From Clostridia bacterium (GTDB lineage: Bacteria > Bacillota > Clostridia > Christensenellales > UBA1242): a stretch of DNA of 64,000 nt. The position numbers and the translations under genes are program-made. Shown piece by piece: positions 1-8,477 of this stretch. The notes beneath the pieces are model-generated. The model was not told where the DNA came from, did no database searches, and worked only from the letters and a program-made list of their open reading frames with translations. The stretch spans positions 151,765 through 215,764 of the forward strand of contig JAZNYK010000007.1 in the NCBI GenBank assembly GCA_045594425.1, read 5' to 3'. Position 1 is the stretch's first letter, and each line of letters starts with the position of its first letter.

Positions 1-114
1 CTGTGTTCTAAGCCCATCATTTAAACCTTCAACCAAACTGTTGATTGCTTCAGGTTGGTCGCCTGTAGGCTTAAATTTTGACACTAATTCAAACCTTTTT
101 TCTTCTTTTGCCAT
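1..114 (-). CDS. uvrB: excinuclease ABC subunit B, first 38 codons only (gene runs off the left edge)
   Basis: Not in the ORF track because it is truncated. Reverse-strand ATG at 112-114. Translation [38 protein letters not shown] matches the conserved UvrB N-terminus (F.L.S.(F/Y).PTGDQP.AI..L..G). Confidence 0.8.
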   Translation of the reverse strand, partial: MAKEEKRFELVSKFKPTGDQPEAINSLVEGLNDGLRTQ

Positions 115-168
115 GATTAATTTTATTATTCTCCAAATTACATAATACAATCACAATTAGATTAAAAA

Positions 169-795
169 CTATCCATTTTGATTATCACTATAACAAGTGT
201 ATCCCAAAAGCAAAGTGCGAAGTTTGTCAACCCCTTGCTCTTTTTTGTCAAAATTAAATCCGTATGAATTAAGTTCATCTAACAAAGCATCTTTTTGTCT
301 TTCTGGTGTAAAGTCATAATATTCAGGATTATCATAATACAAAACCAATCCAATTCGGTCAATTTCTTGAAATTGAATTGCACTTTGCATATCACCAATT
401 TTGTATTGATAATCAACTTTAAATGTATCAAATATCAAATACCAGCCGTCACCTTCCATTTTTTCTTGAATTTTTTTAAACTCATCCATAGAACATTTAA
501 AGTTATCTTCTTTAGATTTATCATAAATTTTAAAATTTTGGAAACTTAACCCCACTGAAAAATCGCCACCAAAGCAAGTTCCACCAAAACCATTACACAT
601 TCTAAACCTAACACAAGACATCTTTATTTGATTTTCCGTCATTTTGGAAAGTTCATCATGTGACTTATTTGTCCAATATAAATCATGGGTTTCACAATTA
701 AACACATTTGTTCCGCCCGCCTTGGTCATGATGTCATTGTAATATTCAATATCTTTATCAAGTAGCATCCCTACTTCTACAATTGTCTTTTCCAT
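169..795 (-). CDS. hypothetical protein, possibly a degenerate CYTH-like fold
   Basis: 208-aa ORF with ATG at 793-795 preceded by GGAG (taggagatttttATG). Weak CYTH-like pattern (THDLYW, VRFR, KVDYQYKI, EIDRIGLVLYYD), but the EXEXK motif is replaced by VEVGM. Lies directly upstream of uvrB on the same strand. Confidence 0.7.
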   Translation of the reverse strand: MEKTIVEVGMLLDKDIEYYNDIMTKAGGTNVFNCETHDLYWTNKSHDELSKMTENQIKMSCVRFRMCNGFGGTCFGGDFSVGLSFQNFKIYDKSKEDNFKCSMDEFKKIQEKMEGDGWYLIFDTFKVDYQYKIGDMQSAIQFQEIDRIGLVLYYDNPEYYDFTPERQKDALLDELNSYGFNFDKKEQGVDKLRTLLLGYTCYSDNQNG

Positions 796-815
796 AAAAA
801 TCTCCTAACAAAGTT

Positions 816-844
816 ATTATAAAACAAAAATACCATCTTCGCAA
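816..844 (-). promoter_or_regulatory. sigma-A type promoter for the 169-795/uvrB unit
   Basis: Minus strand: TTGCGA (839-844), 17-nt spacer, TATAAT (816-821), about 20 nt upstream of the ATG at 795. Confidence 0.6.
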
Positions 845-872
845 TAAAAAAAGCATGGACTTAACCATGCTT
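845..872 (-). terminator. intrinsic terminator after the ABC exporter operon
   Basis: Stem AGCATGG (852-858) / CCATGCT (865-871), followed on the minus strand by a T-run (complement of the A-run at 846-851). It abuts the -35 of the next promoter. Confidence 0.6.
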
Positions 873-1029
873 TGTTGTATTTTGTTTAAGTGATTTTTAT
901 TTGAAATGATAAACAACAGAAAAGGATTAAGATGCAAGGCACAAAAAAATCCCAAGCAGGAGTTTACTTAACGTAAATGACTGTTTGAGATTTTTGAAGT
1001 AACGCAGCATATTGCTTATTTTATGCCGT

Positions 1030-2733
1030 TTATTCTCTACGTAATGCATCGATTGGCTGCATATTGCTAGCCTTGATTGCTGGGAACATACCAAAAATCA
1101 AACCAATTGCTGTGCAGAAACCAACGCTCATGCCAATTACCCAAAGAGGCATACTAATTGTAATACCCATAAAGTGTCCGATGATAGCACAACCTATTGC
1201 AGAAATGCCAAGACCAATTGCACCACCAACAAGTGAAAGCATCAATGCTTCAACTAGGAATTGAACAAGAACTGATGATTTTTTAGCACCAATTGCTTTT
1301 CTTATACCTATTTCACGAGTTCTTTCGGTTACTGCAACAAGCATAATGTTCATAATACCAATACCACCAATAATAAGTGATACTATTGAAATTACTGTAA
1401 GCATAATTGTAAGAGTGTTCATAACACTATCAACAATTGATGCAACTGCACTCATTGAAATAATCATAAAGTCACTGCCATACATAAGTGCTTTTTGTGA
1501 CATAAACGCAGCGGTAACGTCATTTACCCTATCTTCCATAACATCTTCTGTTTTAAATCTCATATATGCAGATGTCATAGGAAGGTCTGCAAGTTCTTCA
1601 ATACCTTCTTCTTTAACACCAAGTGGTGTAAGGTTTGCTTCATCTAAAAGCATATAGCAAGAACCTTTTACTGAATTCATCAAAAGGTCAAAAATAGAAA
1701 AATCATCAGAATCTGAATTTGTTGACATTGTTGACATCATTGACGCATTATCTTCGCTTAAAACACCAACAATTTTATAAGTTTGTGCATTATCTCTGTT
1801 ATAGACTTCAGTGATTTCAATTGGGTCTTCTGGAACAAGTGCGGCTTTGTATGGAGGTGAAACCAAAACTTCACCTTGGTCATTTTTGATATCTTCAGTT
1901 AGTCTTTTAATAACAAACTCATCACTTGTTGTAAAATAATCCATATTAACAATCAAGTTATTTCCAGATGCTGTAATGCTGTGAATGCTGTCTTTATAAC
2001 CAATGTTTTCCATATACATTTGAACAGCCATCTTGATTTCATCGGTAACTGGAACTAAAAATTTGAATGTTAAATCAACATATGCTGTAACACCCAAAGA
2101 AACTGTTCTATTTAACGCTTCTTGATTGGTTACATTCTTTCCTAAATATGTTTCAATAAATGCTCTATCAACCAAAAGTTCATCTGCGTTTTGTGGGAAG
2201 TTACCTTCAAACTTCAAATCATAAACTTCTGCAAAGTTCTTGTTTACTGCCATAACAGAGGTTTTGCTTGGCGCTGGTTTTTCTAAATAAACTTTCATTC
2301 CATCGTAAATGGTTTTTTCTGAAGAGGTCATATTGTTATATGTTTCTTCACTTACAACCACTTTATTAAAAACCAAAAAGTCTTCAAGGTTTTCACTATC
2401 AGCAACACCAGTTAAATCACTTGAAACAACCGTATTGTCTGAATAAATAAGTGAGAATGTGTAATAATCTTCATCTTCTGGTTTATGTTGGTTGTTTTGC
2501 AAAACATCATAAACACTTTGATATTTCATATTTTTTGAAGTGCACATCACAATTGAAAGTGTGCTTTGAGTTCTTATTTGAGAAACAACCGCTGTTTGAA
2601 CGCCAGAAGCAACTGAAGTTAAAAGTGCAACGGTCATAACGCCAATGATGATTCCAAGCATTGTAAGAAAACTTCTTAACTTGTTTGTCCATAGTGATTT
2701 GCACGCCATTTTTATTGCTTGCCAAAGGTGCAT
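1030..2733 (-). CDS. ABC transporter permease, FtsX/MacB type with a large extracytoplasmic domain
   Basis: 567 aa. N-terminal TM (LRSFLTMLGIIIGVMTVALL), a roughly 380-aa loop, then the C-terminal FtsX-type 3-TM bundle (RTREIGIRKAIGAKKSSVLVQFLVEA). SD GGAGG upstream. Stop/start is adjacent to the ATPase gene. Confidence 0.9.
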   Translation of the reverse strand: MHLWQAIKMACKSLWTNKLRSFLTMLGIIIGVMTVALLTSVASGVQTAVVSQIRTQSTLSIVMCTSKNMKYQSVYDVLQNNQHKPEDEDYYTFSLIYSDNTVVSSDLTGVADSENLEDFLVFNKVVVSEETYNNMTSSEKTIYDGMKVYLEKPAPSKTSVMAVNKNFAEVYDLKFEGNFPQNADELLVDRAFIETYLGKNVTNQEALNRTVSLGVTAYVDLTFKFLVPVTDEIKMAVQMYMENIGYKDSIHSITASGNNLIVNMDYFTTSDEFVIKRLTEDIKNDQGEVLVSPPYKAALVPEDPIEITEVYNRDNAQTYKIVGVLSEDNASMMSTMSTNSDSDDFSIFDLLMNSVKGSCYMLLDEANLTPLGVKEEGIEELADLPMTSAYMRFKTEDVMEDRVNDVTAAFMSQKALMYGSDFMIISMSAVASIVDSVMNTLTIMLTVISIVSLIIGGIGIMNIMLVAVTERTREIGIRKAIGAKKSSVLVQFLVEALMLSLVGGAIGLGISAIGCAIIGHFMGITISMPLWVIGMSVGFCTAIGLIFGMFPAIKASNMQPIDALRRE

Positions 2734-2734
2734 A

Positions 2735-3505
2735 TTACTCCACCTCCTTTGCTGGTTTTGTTGATGTCTTTTTTGTTGTGCGTTTTTTAGGAAGTTCTCT
2801 TAAATTTACTTCGCCATAACTTTCAACGTTCTTTTTTATATCATCACCATCAATCTTTCCATCGTGAATGCGAACAACTCTTGGCGACATTGCAGCAATC
2901 TCATCATTATGAGTGATAATGATAACAGTTGTGCCTTGGCTGTTCAACTTCTTTAAAATTGCCATGATTTCGTCACCAGTTTTTGAATCAAGGTTTCCTG
3001 TTGGTTCATCCGCCAAAATACACATAGGTTTTGTTGCAAGAGCTCTTGCAATGGCAACTCTTTGTTGTTGACCACCAGAAAGTTCGCTTGGTCTGTGTTT
3101 CATACGTTCCTTCATGCCAACCATTTCAAGAGATTCAATAACCCTTTTATGTCTTTCAGCCTTTGAAATCCCTTGATAAATCATTGGAAGTTCAACATTT
3201 TCAAATGCATTAAGATTTTGAAGTAAGTTAAAGCCTTGAAAAATAAAGCCCATTTTTTTGTTTCTTAAAAACGCGAGTTGATTTTCTGAATAGTGTGAAA
3301 TTTCAACACCATCAACATAATATTCGCCTTCGGTTGCGACATCAAGACAACCAACAATATTCATCATTGTTGATTTTCCTGAACCTGATGGACCAATGAT
3401 TGTAACAAACTCGCCGTCTTCAATTTTTAAAGACACATCATCGAGCGCTTTTACAACATTATCACCCATCTTGTAATACTTTTTTATATTTTTTAATTCA
3501 ATCAA
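2735..3505 (-). CDS. ABC transporter ATP-binding protein (MacB/LolD-like)
   Basis: Walker A GPSGSGKST, signature LSGGQQQR, Walker B ILADEPTGNLD. TTG start at 3503-3505 with AAGGAG 8 nt upstream. Lys/Thr-rich C-terminal tail. Confidence 0.9.
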   Translation of the reverse strand: MIELKNIKKYYKMGDNVVKALDDVSLKIEDGEFVTIIGPSGSGKSTMMNIVGCLDVATEGEYYVDGVEISHYSENQLAFLRNKKMGFIFQGFNLLQNLNAFENVELPMIYQGISKAERHKRVIESLEMVGMKERMKHRPSELSGGQQQRVAIARALATKPMCILADEPTGNLDSKTGDEIMAILKKLNSQGTTVIIITHNDEIAAMSPRVVRIHDGKIDGDDIKKNVESYGEVNLRELPKKRTTKKTSTKPAKEVE

Positions 3506-3606
3506 TGTTGTTGCTCCTTAAAAATACTATATCGGTATTATAATCTAATCTAAAAGAAATAGTAACTATTTTTACAATATTTTTACCAAAAAATAATAAA
3601 TTGGAA

Positions 3607-3630
3607 ATATTCATGAATTATTATGAATAT
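3607..3630. promoter_or_regulatory. candidate operator: 8-bp perfect inverted repeat in the TetR/ABC divergent intergenic region
   Basis: ATATTCAT (3607-3614), N8, ATGAATAT (3623-3630). It is nested inside a longer inverted repeat, TTGGAAATA (3601-3609) ... TATTTCCAA (3657-3665). Confidence 0.3.
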
Positions 3631-3776
3631 GTGTTACAACAAAATAAATGTGTAACTATTTCCAAAGTGTGTTATTACCCGCATTTAGATAATAATTAAA
3701 ATTTGGTGTAACACGCAAAATTTAGTTGCTAATTTAAAAAGATTTAATTATTTTATCACCATAAGGAGATTATATT

Positions 3777-4307
3777 ATGAACGAAACACAAGAAAAAGAA
3801 AGTTTAACAAGAGATTATATTTTTCAAGCATTTCATCAACTTCTTCAAACAAATCATTATAACGACATCTCTGTTTGCAATATAACAGAAAAAGCAGGTG
3901 TTTCTAGAATGTCTTTTTACAGAAATTTTAAATCTAAAGACGACTTAACATTTAAAGCAATTGAAAAAATCTCTCTAAAGTTAAAAAAAGAATTTGATAA
4001 CAACTGCAATTTATACAATATAACAAAAACATTATTCCAAATGATGTCAGACAACAAAACAATTGTGAAGTCTTTTGAAAACTCTGAAATATCAAAAACC
4101 TTGATAGACACTGCCGTTGAAAACCTAAAAGACTCATTCCCTTATGACCACATAAACAAAACAAACAAATATTTACCATTATATTATTTTGGTGCACTTT
4201 CAAGAGTTGCTGTTGAATGGTTTAAAAACAATTGCGAAGAAACCCCTGAAGAAATGGCAAAATTTATAAGTGGACTTATTAATGAAGAACCTCATGACAA
4301 CGCATAA
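3777..4307 (+). CDS. TetR/AcrR family transcriptional regulator
   Basis: 176 aa. N-terminal HTH typical of TetR (ISVCNITEKAGVSRMSFYRNFKSKDDL). Divergent from the ABC exporter. SD AAGGAG. Confidence 0.9.
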   Translation: MNETQEKESLTRDYIFQAFHQLLQTNHYNDISVCNITEKAGVSRMSFYRNFKSKDDLTFKAIEKISLKLKKEFDNNCNLYNITKTLFQMMSDNKTIVKSFENSEISKTLIDTAVENLKDSFPYDHINKTNKYLPLYYFGALSRVAVEWFKNNCEETPEEMAKFISGLINEEPHDNA

Positions 4308-4322
4308 AACCTGAATTTTTCA

Positions 4323-4344
4323 CTATTATGTTAAACATAACACC
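4323..4344 (+). repeat. degenerate copy of the GGTGTTATG-N5-CATAACACC hairpin (plus-strand orientation)
   Basis: ctATTATG-TTAAA-CATAACACC, 16 nt after the TetR stop. The right arm is exact and the left arm has 5 pairing bases. The loop TTAAA reads the same, relative to the upstream gene, as in the minus-strand copies. Confidence 0.6.
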
Positions 4345-4394
4345 GCAAACTTACCCGTTATTTTTGCAAAAACAAATTCATTTTTAACGAATGG

Positions 4395-4423
4395 TTGACA
4401 AATAAAAATTTTGAGGTTATAAT
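4395..4423 (+). promoter_or_regulatory. consensus sigma-A promoter of the glyQS T-box leader
   Basis: TTGACA (4395-4400), 17-nt spacer, TATAAT (4418-4423). Confidence 0.8.
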
Positions 4424-4429
4424 AACGCC

Positions 4430-4672
4430 ATACAATTGCGATGAAAAAGAATAGTAAACTTGAAGGTTACTTTTAGCGAGTTTCAGATGGTGCAAGTGAA
4501 ACAGCAAACACAAGTTGAAGGCGCTTTGGAGCGATTTTTTAAAAAAGTGAGTATTCCCTTTGGGAATGCTAATAAGGGTGGAACCACGGGTCTAATCTCT
4601 CGCCCCTTGCAAATTGAATAAACTATTTATTCTTTTTGCCAGCGGAATGCGAAAAGATTAGGCCTTTTGTTT
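4430..4672 (+). promoter_or_regulatory. T-box riboswitch leader, glycine specifier (GGC)
   Basis: Stem I motifs (AGCGAG..GATGGTG.AAG). Specifier loop GAAGGCGC with GGC at 4520-4522. Conserved T-box AATAAGGGTGGAACCACGGG at 4571-4590. Terminator alternative: CTAATCTCTCGC pairs with GCGAAAAGATTAG and is followed by a U-rich tract. Lies upstream of the glycyl-tRNA synthetase gene. Confidence 0.85.
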
Positions 4673-4710
4673 TGGCTTAAAAACAAAATAAATTTTTAGG
4701 AGAAACAAAT

Positions 4711-6084
4711 ATGAAAAACTTAACAATGGACAAACTCGTTTCACATTGCAAGAACACAGGTATTGTTTATCCTGGTTCAGACATCTATGATGGTCTTGCA
4801 AACACTTGGGATTACGGCCCAGTTGGTGTGGAACTCAAAAACAACATCAAAAGAGTTTGGTGGAAAAGATTCGTTCAAGAATCTGAAAACAGTTATGGTG
4901 TTGACGCTGCAATCCTTATGAACCCTAGAGTTTGGGAGGCTTCTGGACACGTTGCATCATTCACCGACCCAAAGATGGACTGCAAATCTTGTAAAGCAAG
5001 AATGAGGGCAGATAACCTTATCGACACATATTCAAAAGGCACTGTTAACCCAGATGCAATGACAAATGAAGAAATGGAAGCATACATTAACGAACATCAT
5101 GTTAACTGCCCTGTTTGTGGAAACTTTAACTGGACACCTATTCGTCAATTCCATTTGATGTTCCAAACTTCACGTGACATCACTGGTGGCGCAGATGACG
5201 TTATTTATCTTCGTCCAGAAACTGCTCAGGGTGAATTTGTTAACTTTATGAACGTTCAAAGAACAACCAGAGCAAAAGTTCCATTTGGTATCGGACAAAT
5301 CGGAAAAGCATTCAGAAATGAAATCACACCAGGAAACTTTACATTTAGAACCATTGAATTTGAACAAATGGAACACCAACTTTTCTGTAAAAACGAAGAA
5401 TCTGGTTTTGATTTCTACGCAAAATACAAAAAAGATGCCTATGATTTCCTTATTGACCTTGGATTTAACAAAGAAAGTTTGAACTATAAAGACCATGAAA
5501 AACTTGCACACTATGCAAAAGCCGCTTGTGATATTATCTTTAAATATCCATTTGGATGGAATGAACTTAATGGTATTCACTATAGAACAGACTATGATTT
5601 GTCTCGTCATCAAGAATATTCTGGAAAAAATATGCTTTATATTGACCCAGTAACAAATGAAAAATATGTTCCACACGTTGTTGAATATTCAATTGGTGCC
5701 GACAGACTTACACTTGCTGTTCTTTGTGAATTTTATGATGAAGAACAACTTGAAGGTGGCGACACAAGAATCGTTTATAGATTCCACCCTGCCATTGCAC
5801 CATACAAGGTTGCTGTTCTTCCTCTTCAAAAGAACTTATCTGAAAAAGCAAGAGAAATCTACAAAAAACTTTCAAAACACTTCATGTGCACATATGATGA
5901 ATCTGGTTCTATCGGAAAAAGATATCGCCGTCAAGACCAAATTGGAACACCTTTCTGCGTAACTATTGATTTTGACACACTTGAAAATGGAACTGTTACA
6001 GTTCGTGACAGAGATTCTATGGAACAAATCAGACTTTCAGTTGATGAACTCATCAAACACGTTGAAGACAAAATTATGTTTTAA
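4711..6084 (+). CDS. glyQS: glycine--tRNA ligase (homodimeric class II type)
   Basis: 457 aa. Begins MKNLTMDKLVSHCKNTGIVYPGSDIYDGLANTWDYGPVGVELKNNIK. Class II motifs (YLRPETAQG, GKAFRNEITP, GADR). SD AGGAGA. Confidence 0.95.
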   Translation: MKNLTMDKLVSHCKNTGIVYPGSDIYDGLANTWDYGPVGVELKNNIKRVWWKRFVQESENSYGVDAAILMNPRVWEASGHVASFTDPKMDCKSCKARMRADNLIDTYSKGTVNPDAMTNEEMEAYINEHHVNCPVCGNFNWTPIRQFHLMFQTSRDITGGADDVIYLRPETAQGEFVNFMNVQRTTRAKVPFGIGQIGKAFRNEITPGNFTFRTIEFEQMEHQLFCKNEESGFDFYAKYKKDAYDFLIDLGFNKESLNYKDHEKLAHYAKAACDIIFKYPFGWNELNGIHYRTDYDLSRHQEYSGKNMLYIDPVTNEKYVPHVVEYSIGADRLTLAVLCEFYDEEQLEGGDTRIVYRFHPAIAPYKVAVLPLQKNLSEKAREIYKKLSKHFMCTYDESGSIGKRYRRQDQIGTPFCVTIDFDTLENGTVTVRDRDSMEQIRLSVDELIKHVEDKIMF

Positions 6085-6092
6085 AACTAAAT

Positions 6093-6121
6093 AAAAACAC
6101 CGCTAAACAGCGGTGTTTTTT
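6093..6121. terminator. bidirectional intrinsic terminator between convergent glyQS and the 6126-6686 gene
   Basis: AAAAACACCGCT - AAAC - AGCGGTGTTTTT: a perfect 12-bp stem including the A/T runs. Confidence 0.85.
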
Positions 6122-6125
6122 ATTT

Positions 6126-6686
6126 TTATTGCATTTGTTGTGCAGCAGCAACTTTTTCAGAAGCAGGACTTGTTGCACCTCTTTTTAATCCAGATGGCTT
6201 TGCTTTTAATGCAAACTCATCTTCTAATTGTTTAACTCTCGCTTGCAAACTTTCAATGTGGTCTTCAAGCAATCTTGAGCGTCCAACTGGACCACCAGCA
6301 AGCATTCTATAAAGAGTATCAAACTTTTGTTTTAAATCAACATAATCAGATAGTTCAGAAAATCTAACTTCACCATCTTTTAATGTTCGCTTGTCACTTA
6401 TTTTGCCACCACGTGCAAAATATCTATCTTTTTTGAGTCTAGCAATAATTTTTGCTTTCTTTTCTGGCCATCTTTCCATAAAATCACTATTTCTTTGAGC
6501 AAGGTCTGCACTGTATGTGTAAACCTCCTCCTTAATTTCAGGATATTCTTCATTTATGTAACTTTTTATGCAGTAATGTTTCTTATTTAACCAAACGTAT
6601 TTATTGTAATCTGAAATAACAGCACGAAGTTCAATATATTCTGGACTTTGACTAGATAATTGTTCTTTTTGTTGTTCTGTTAACAT
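6126..6686 (-). CDS. hypothetical protein
   Basis: 186-aa ORF, ATG at 6684-6686, no recognisable motif. C-terminal heptad-like segment (LLEDHIESLQARVKQLEDEF). Confidence 0.65.
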   Translation of the reverse strand: MLTEQQKEQLSSQSPEYIELRAVISDYNKYVWLNKKHYCIKSYINEEYPEIKEEVYTYSADLAQRNSDFMERWPEKKAKIIARLKKDRYFARGGKISDKRTLKDGEVRFSELSDYVDLKQKFDTLYRMLAGGPVGRSRLLEDHIESLQARVKQLEDEFALKAKPSGLKRGATSPASEKVAAAQQMQ

Positions 6687-6786
6687 TGTTTTACTCCCTT
6701 TCTTTGATTGTATCTATTATACCATATTTTAACTGATTTGTAAATAGCAAATTGATATTATAACCCTCGTAACTCCTGAAATTATC

Positions 6787-6809
6787 GATGTTATGTTTAA
6801 CATAACACC
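6787..6809 (-). repeat. GGTGTTATG-N5-CATAACACC hairpin copy
   Basis: Plus strand GATGTTATG-TTTAA-CATAACACC. Starts 1 nt after the stop (6810-6812) of the upstream minus-strand gene. The flank CCTCGTAACT is shared with the 21787 copy. Confidence 0.8.
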
Positions 6810-7685
6810 CTATTTTTCAAGCAAGTTGTTATATGATTCAAGTGCACTAGAATATTCAAGTTCCAATGCTCTTAATACACTGCTTGATTCACCAACCAAT
6901 TCAGAATATTTATACCAACCTTTATAAAAATCAACTAATCTCTTTCTCAAAATTACTTCTTGAACAACGTCTTTTGTTTCTACTTCATAGATAATAGAAG
7001 AAATTAATTTTCTTTTTCTTTCTTCTAAAAGTGTTTGTGTTGAATTTGTATCTTCAGAAGATGTCATGTTTTTCAAAACTTCAAAGGTTTCTTTTCTTTG
7101 AGCATCAGTTAATGTGGCATCATTCAAAACCAATGAAACATAGGTTGCAAACGAATATTCATAAACACTGCCACCGCTCAATTGATTTCTTACAAAAGAA
7201 ACAATTGCGTGTGAGCGATTTTCATACGAGCCTTCTAAATTTAATGAATACATACATCTAACCTTTCTATTAATTAAATATGAATCGGTATTACCCACAT
7301 ATGCATACATATTCTTTGAAACATTATTTATGCTAGAATCATTTAATCTTTTGCAAAAATCATTGTAATCTTCACGAGCCATTAAAACATTTATATAATA
7401 AAGTTCTTTTTCATACTCACCAATCTCTTGTTCAAACAAAATCAAGTTGTAAAGGTCAGCAGCAGAACCACTTTTTTCATATGCTTGCAAATAACATGAC
7501 TCTTGTGCTTTTTTTAATCCAAAAAAGCCAAATATTTTGGCGTCAAATTTTGGCGCTAAAAAGAACATTGTTGAAATTACGTAAAAGAATGCAACAATAA
7601 CCACCAAAACAATTTTTGCCGATATTTTTAACGAATTTAGCCACATTTGTTTGTTTAATATTTTTTCTTTTGTAACATCCGTCAT
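6810..7685 (-). CDS. hypothetical membrane-anchored protein
   Basis: 291 aa with a single N-terminal TM (ISAKIVLVVIVAFFYVISTMFFLA). Its ATG overlaps the rpiB stop (TAATG at 7683-7687). Confidence 0.7.
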   Translation of the reverse strand: MTDVTKEKILNKQMWLNSLKISAKIVLVVIVAFFYVISTMFFLAPKFDAKIFGFFGLKKAQESCYLQAYEKSGSAADLYNLILFEQEIGEYEKELYYINVLMAREDYNDFCKRLNDSSINNVSKNMYAYVGNTDSYLINRKVRCMYSLNLEGSYENRSHAIVSFVRNQLSGGSVYEYSFATYVSLVLNDATLTDAQRKETFEVLKNMTSSEDTNSTQTLLEERKRKLISSIIYEVETKDVVQEVILRKRLVDFYKGWYKYSELVGESSSVLRALELEYSSALESYNNLLEK

Positions 7686-8167
7686 TAAATCTTTCCGCCT
7701 TTTTCAATTGTTGCTATTTGAGCAATTCGCCTAGCGTGACGTTCTTCACCCAAAAATTCAGTGTTAATGAAAACATCAAGCATTCTAATCATTTTGCGTT
7801 TGCAAAGTTTCACTTCATAGTTTTCATCTGATTTTCCTGCTGCAAAAACAATACAATTTGCATCTTCATCACGTCTTGCAAAATATGCAGAACCTTCTTC
7901 ACTTGGAAGAACCGAACGAATGCCCGCACACTTATTTGCAACAACATTCATGCCAACACCTGTTCCACAAAGCAAAATCATACCACTTGCGTTTTTATCA
8001 AGATAAATTTGATAGGCTTTTCTGGCTAAAATTGGATAATCATTACCTTCTGAATCATCTTCAACAACATCATATTCAATGTCTTTTTCCGCCAAATATG
8101 CCTTGATTCTTTCAATATATTTCAAATCAACTCTATGGTCATAAGCCACAACAAATTTTTTAAACAT
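7685..8167 (-). CDS. rpiB: ribose-5-phosphate isomerase B (RpiB/LacA/LacB family)
   Basis: MFKKFVVAYDHRV..., active-site region LLCGTGVGMNVVANK. Start moved to the ATG at 8165-8167, which has AAGGAG upstream. The ORF-track extension to 8230 has no RBS. Confidence 0.85.
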   Translation of the reverse strand: MFKKFVVAYDHRVDLKYIERIKAYLAEKDIEYDVVEDDSEGNDYPILARKAYQIYLDKNASGMILLCGTGVGMNVVANKCAGIRSVLPSEEGSAYFARRDEDANCIVFAAGKSDENYEVKLCKRKMIRMLDVFINTEFLGEERHARRIAQIATIEKGGKI

Positions 8168-8242
8168 AAACGCTCCTTTATCACAATTAGTGTATAATTT
8201 TTTAATATCAATGTCAAACAAACAAAACAAAAAGAAGTATTG

Positions 8243-8428
8243 CTACTTCTTTTTTGCTTTAGAGTAATTTAATTGTTTTTTCAAAGAAATAATCTCACGT
8301 TTAAGTGATTCCATATCCCTGCGTGCAACAGATAGCAACCTGTCTTTTTCTTCAAGAAGGTCATCAACATAATCTCTGTCATAACCACGAAAAGACATTT
8401 TCATTTCACTTTCATCAAAATCTCTCAT
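8243..8428 (-). CDS. short DivIVA-domain protein
   Basis: 61 aa. FRGYDRDYVDDLLEE matches the DivIVA N-terminal signature (FRGYD..EVD.FLD) and is followed by a coiled coil. SD GGAG. Confidence 0.75.
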   Translation of the reverse strand: MRDFDESEMKMSFRGYDRDYVDDLLEEKDRLLSVARRDMESLKREIISLKKQLNYSKAKKK

Positions 8429-8477
8429 AAACCACTCCTAAACATAGTTTATGCAAATTTCGACAAATTATTCAAAA

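Noticed and set aside
758-955. 65-aa minus-strand ORF in the 796-1029 gap
   Set aside because: It spans a terminator hairpin (845-872) and a promoter (816-844) and overlaps the start of the 169-795 gene. It has no SD.
5170-5676. 168-aa ORF antisense to glyQS
   Set aside because: Same reasoning: it is fully contained in a conserved aaRS gene and has no translation signals.
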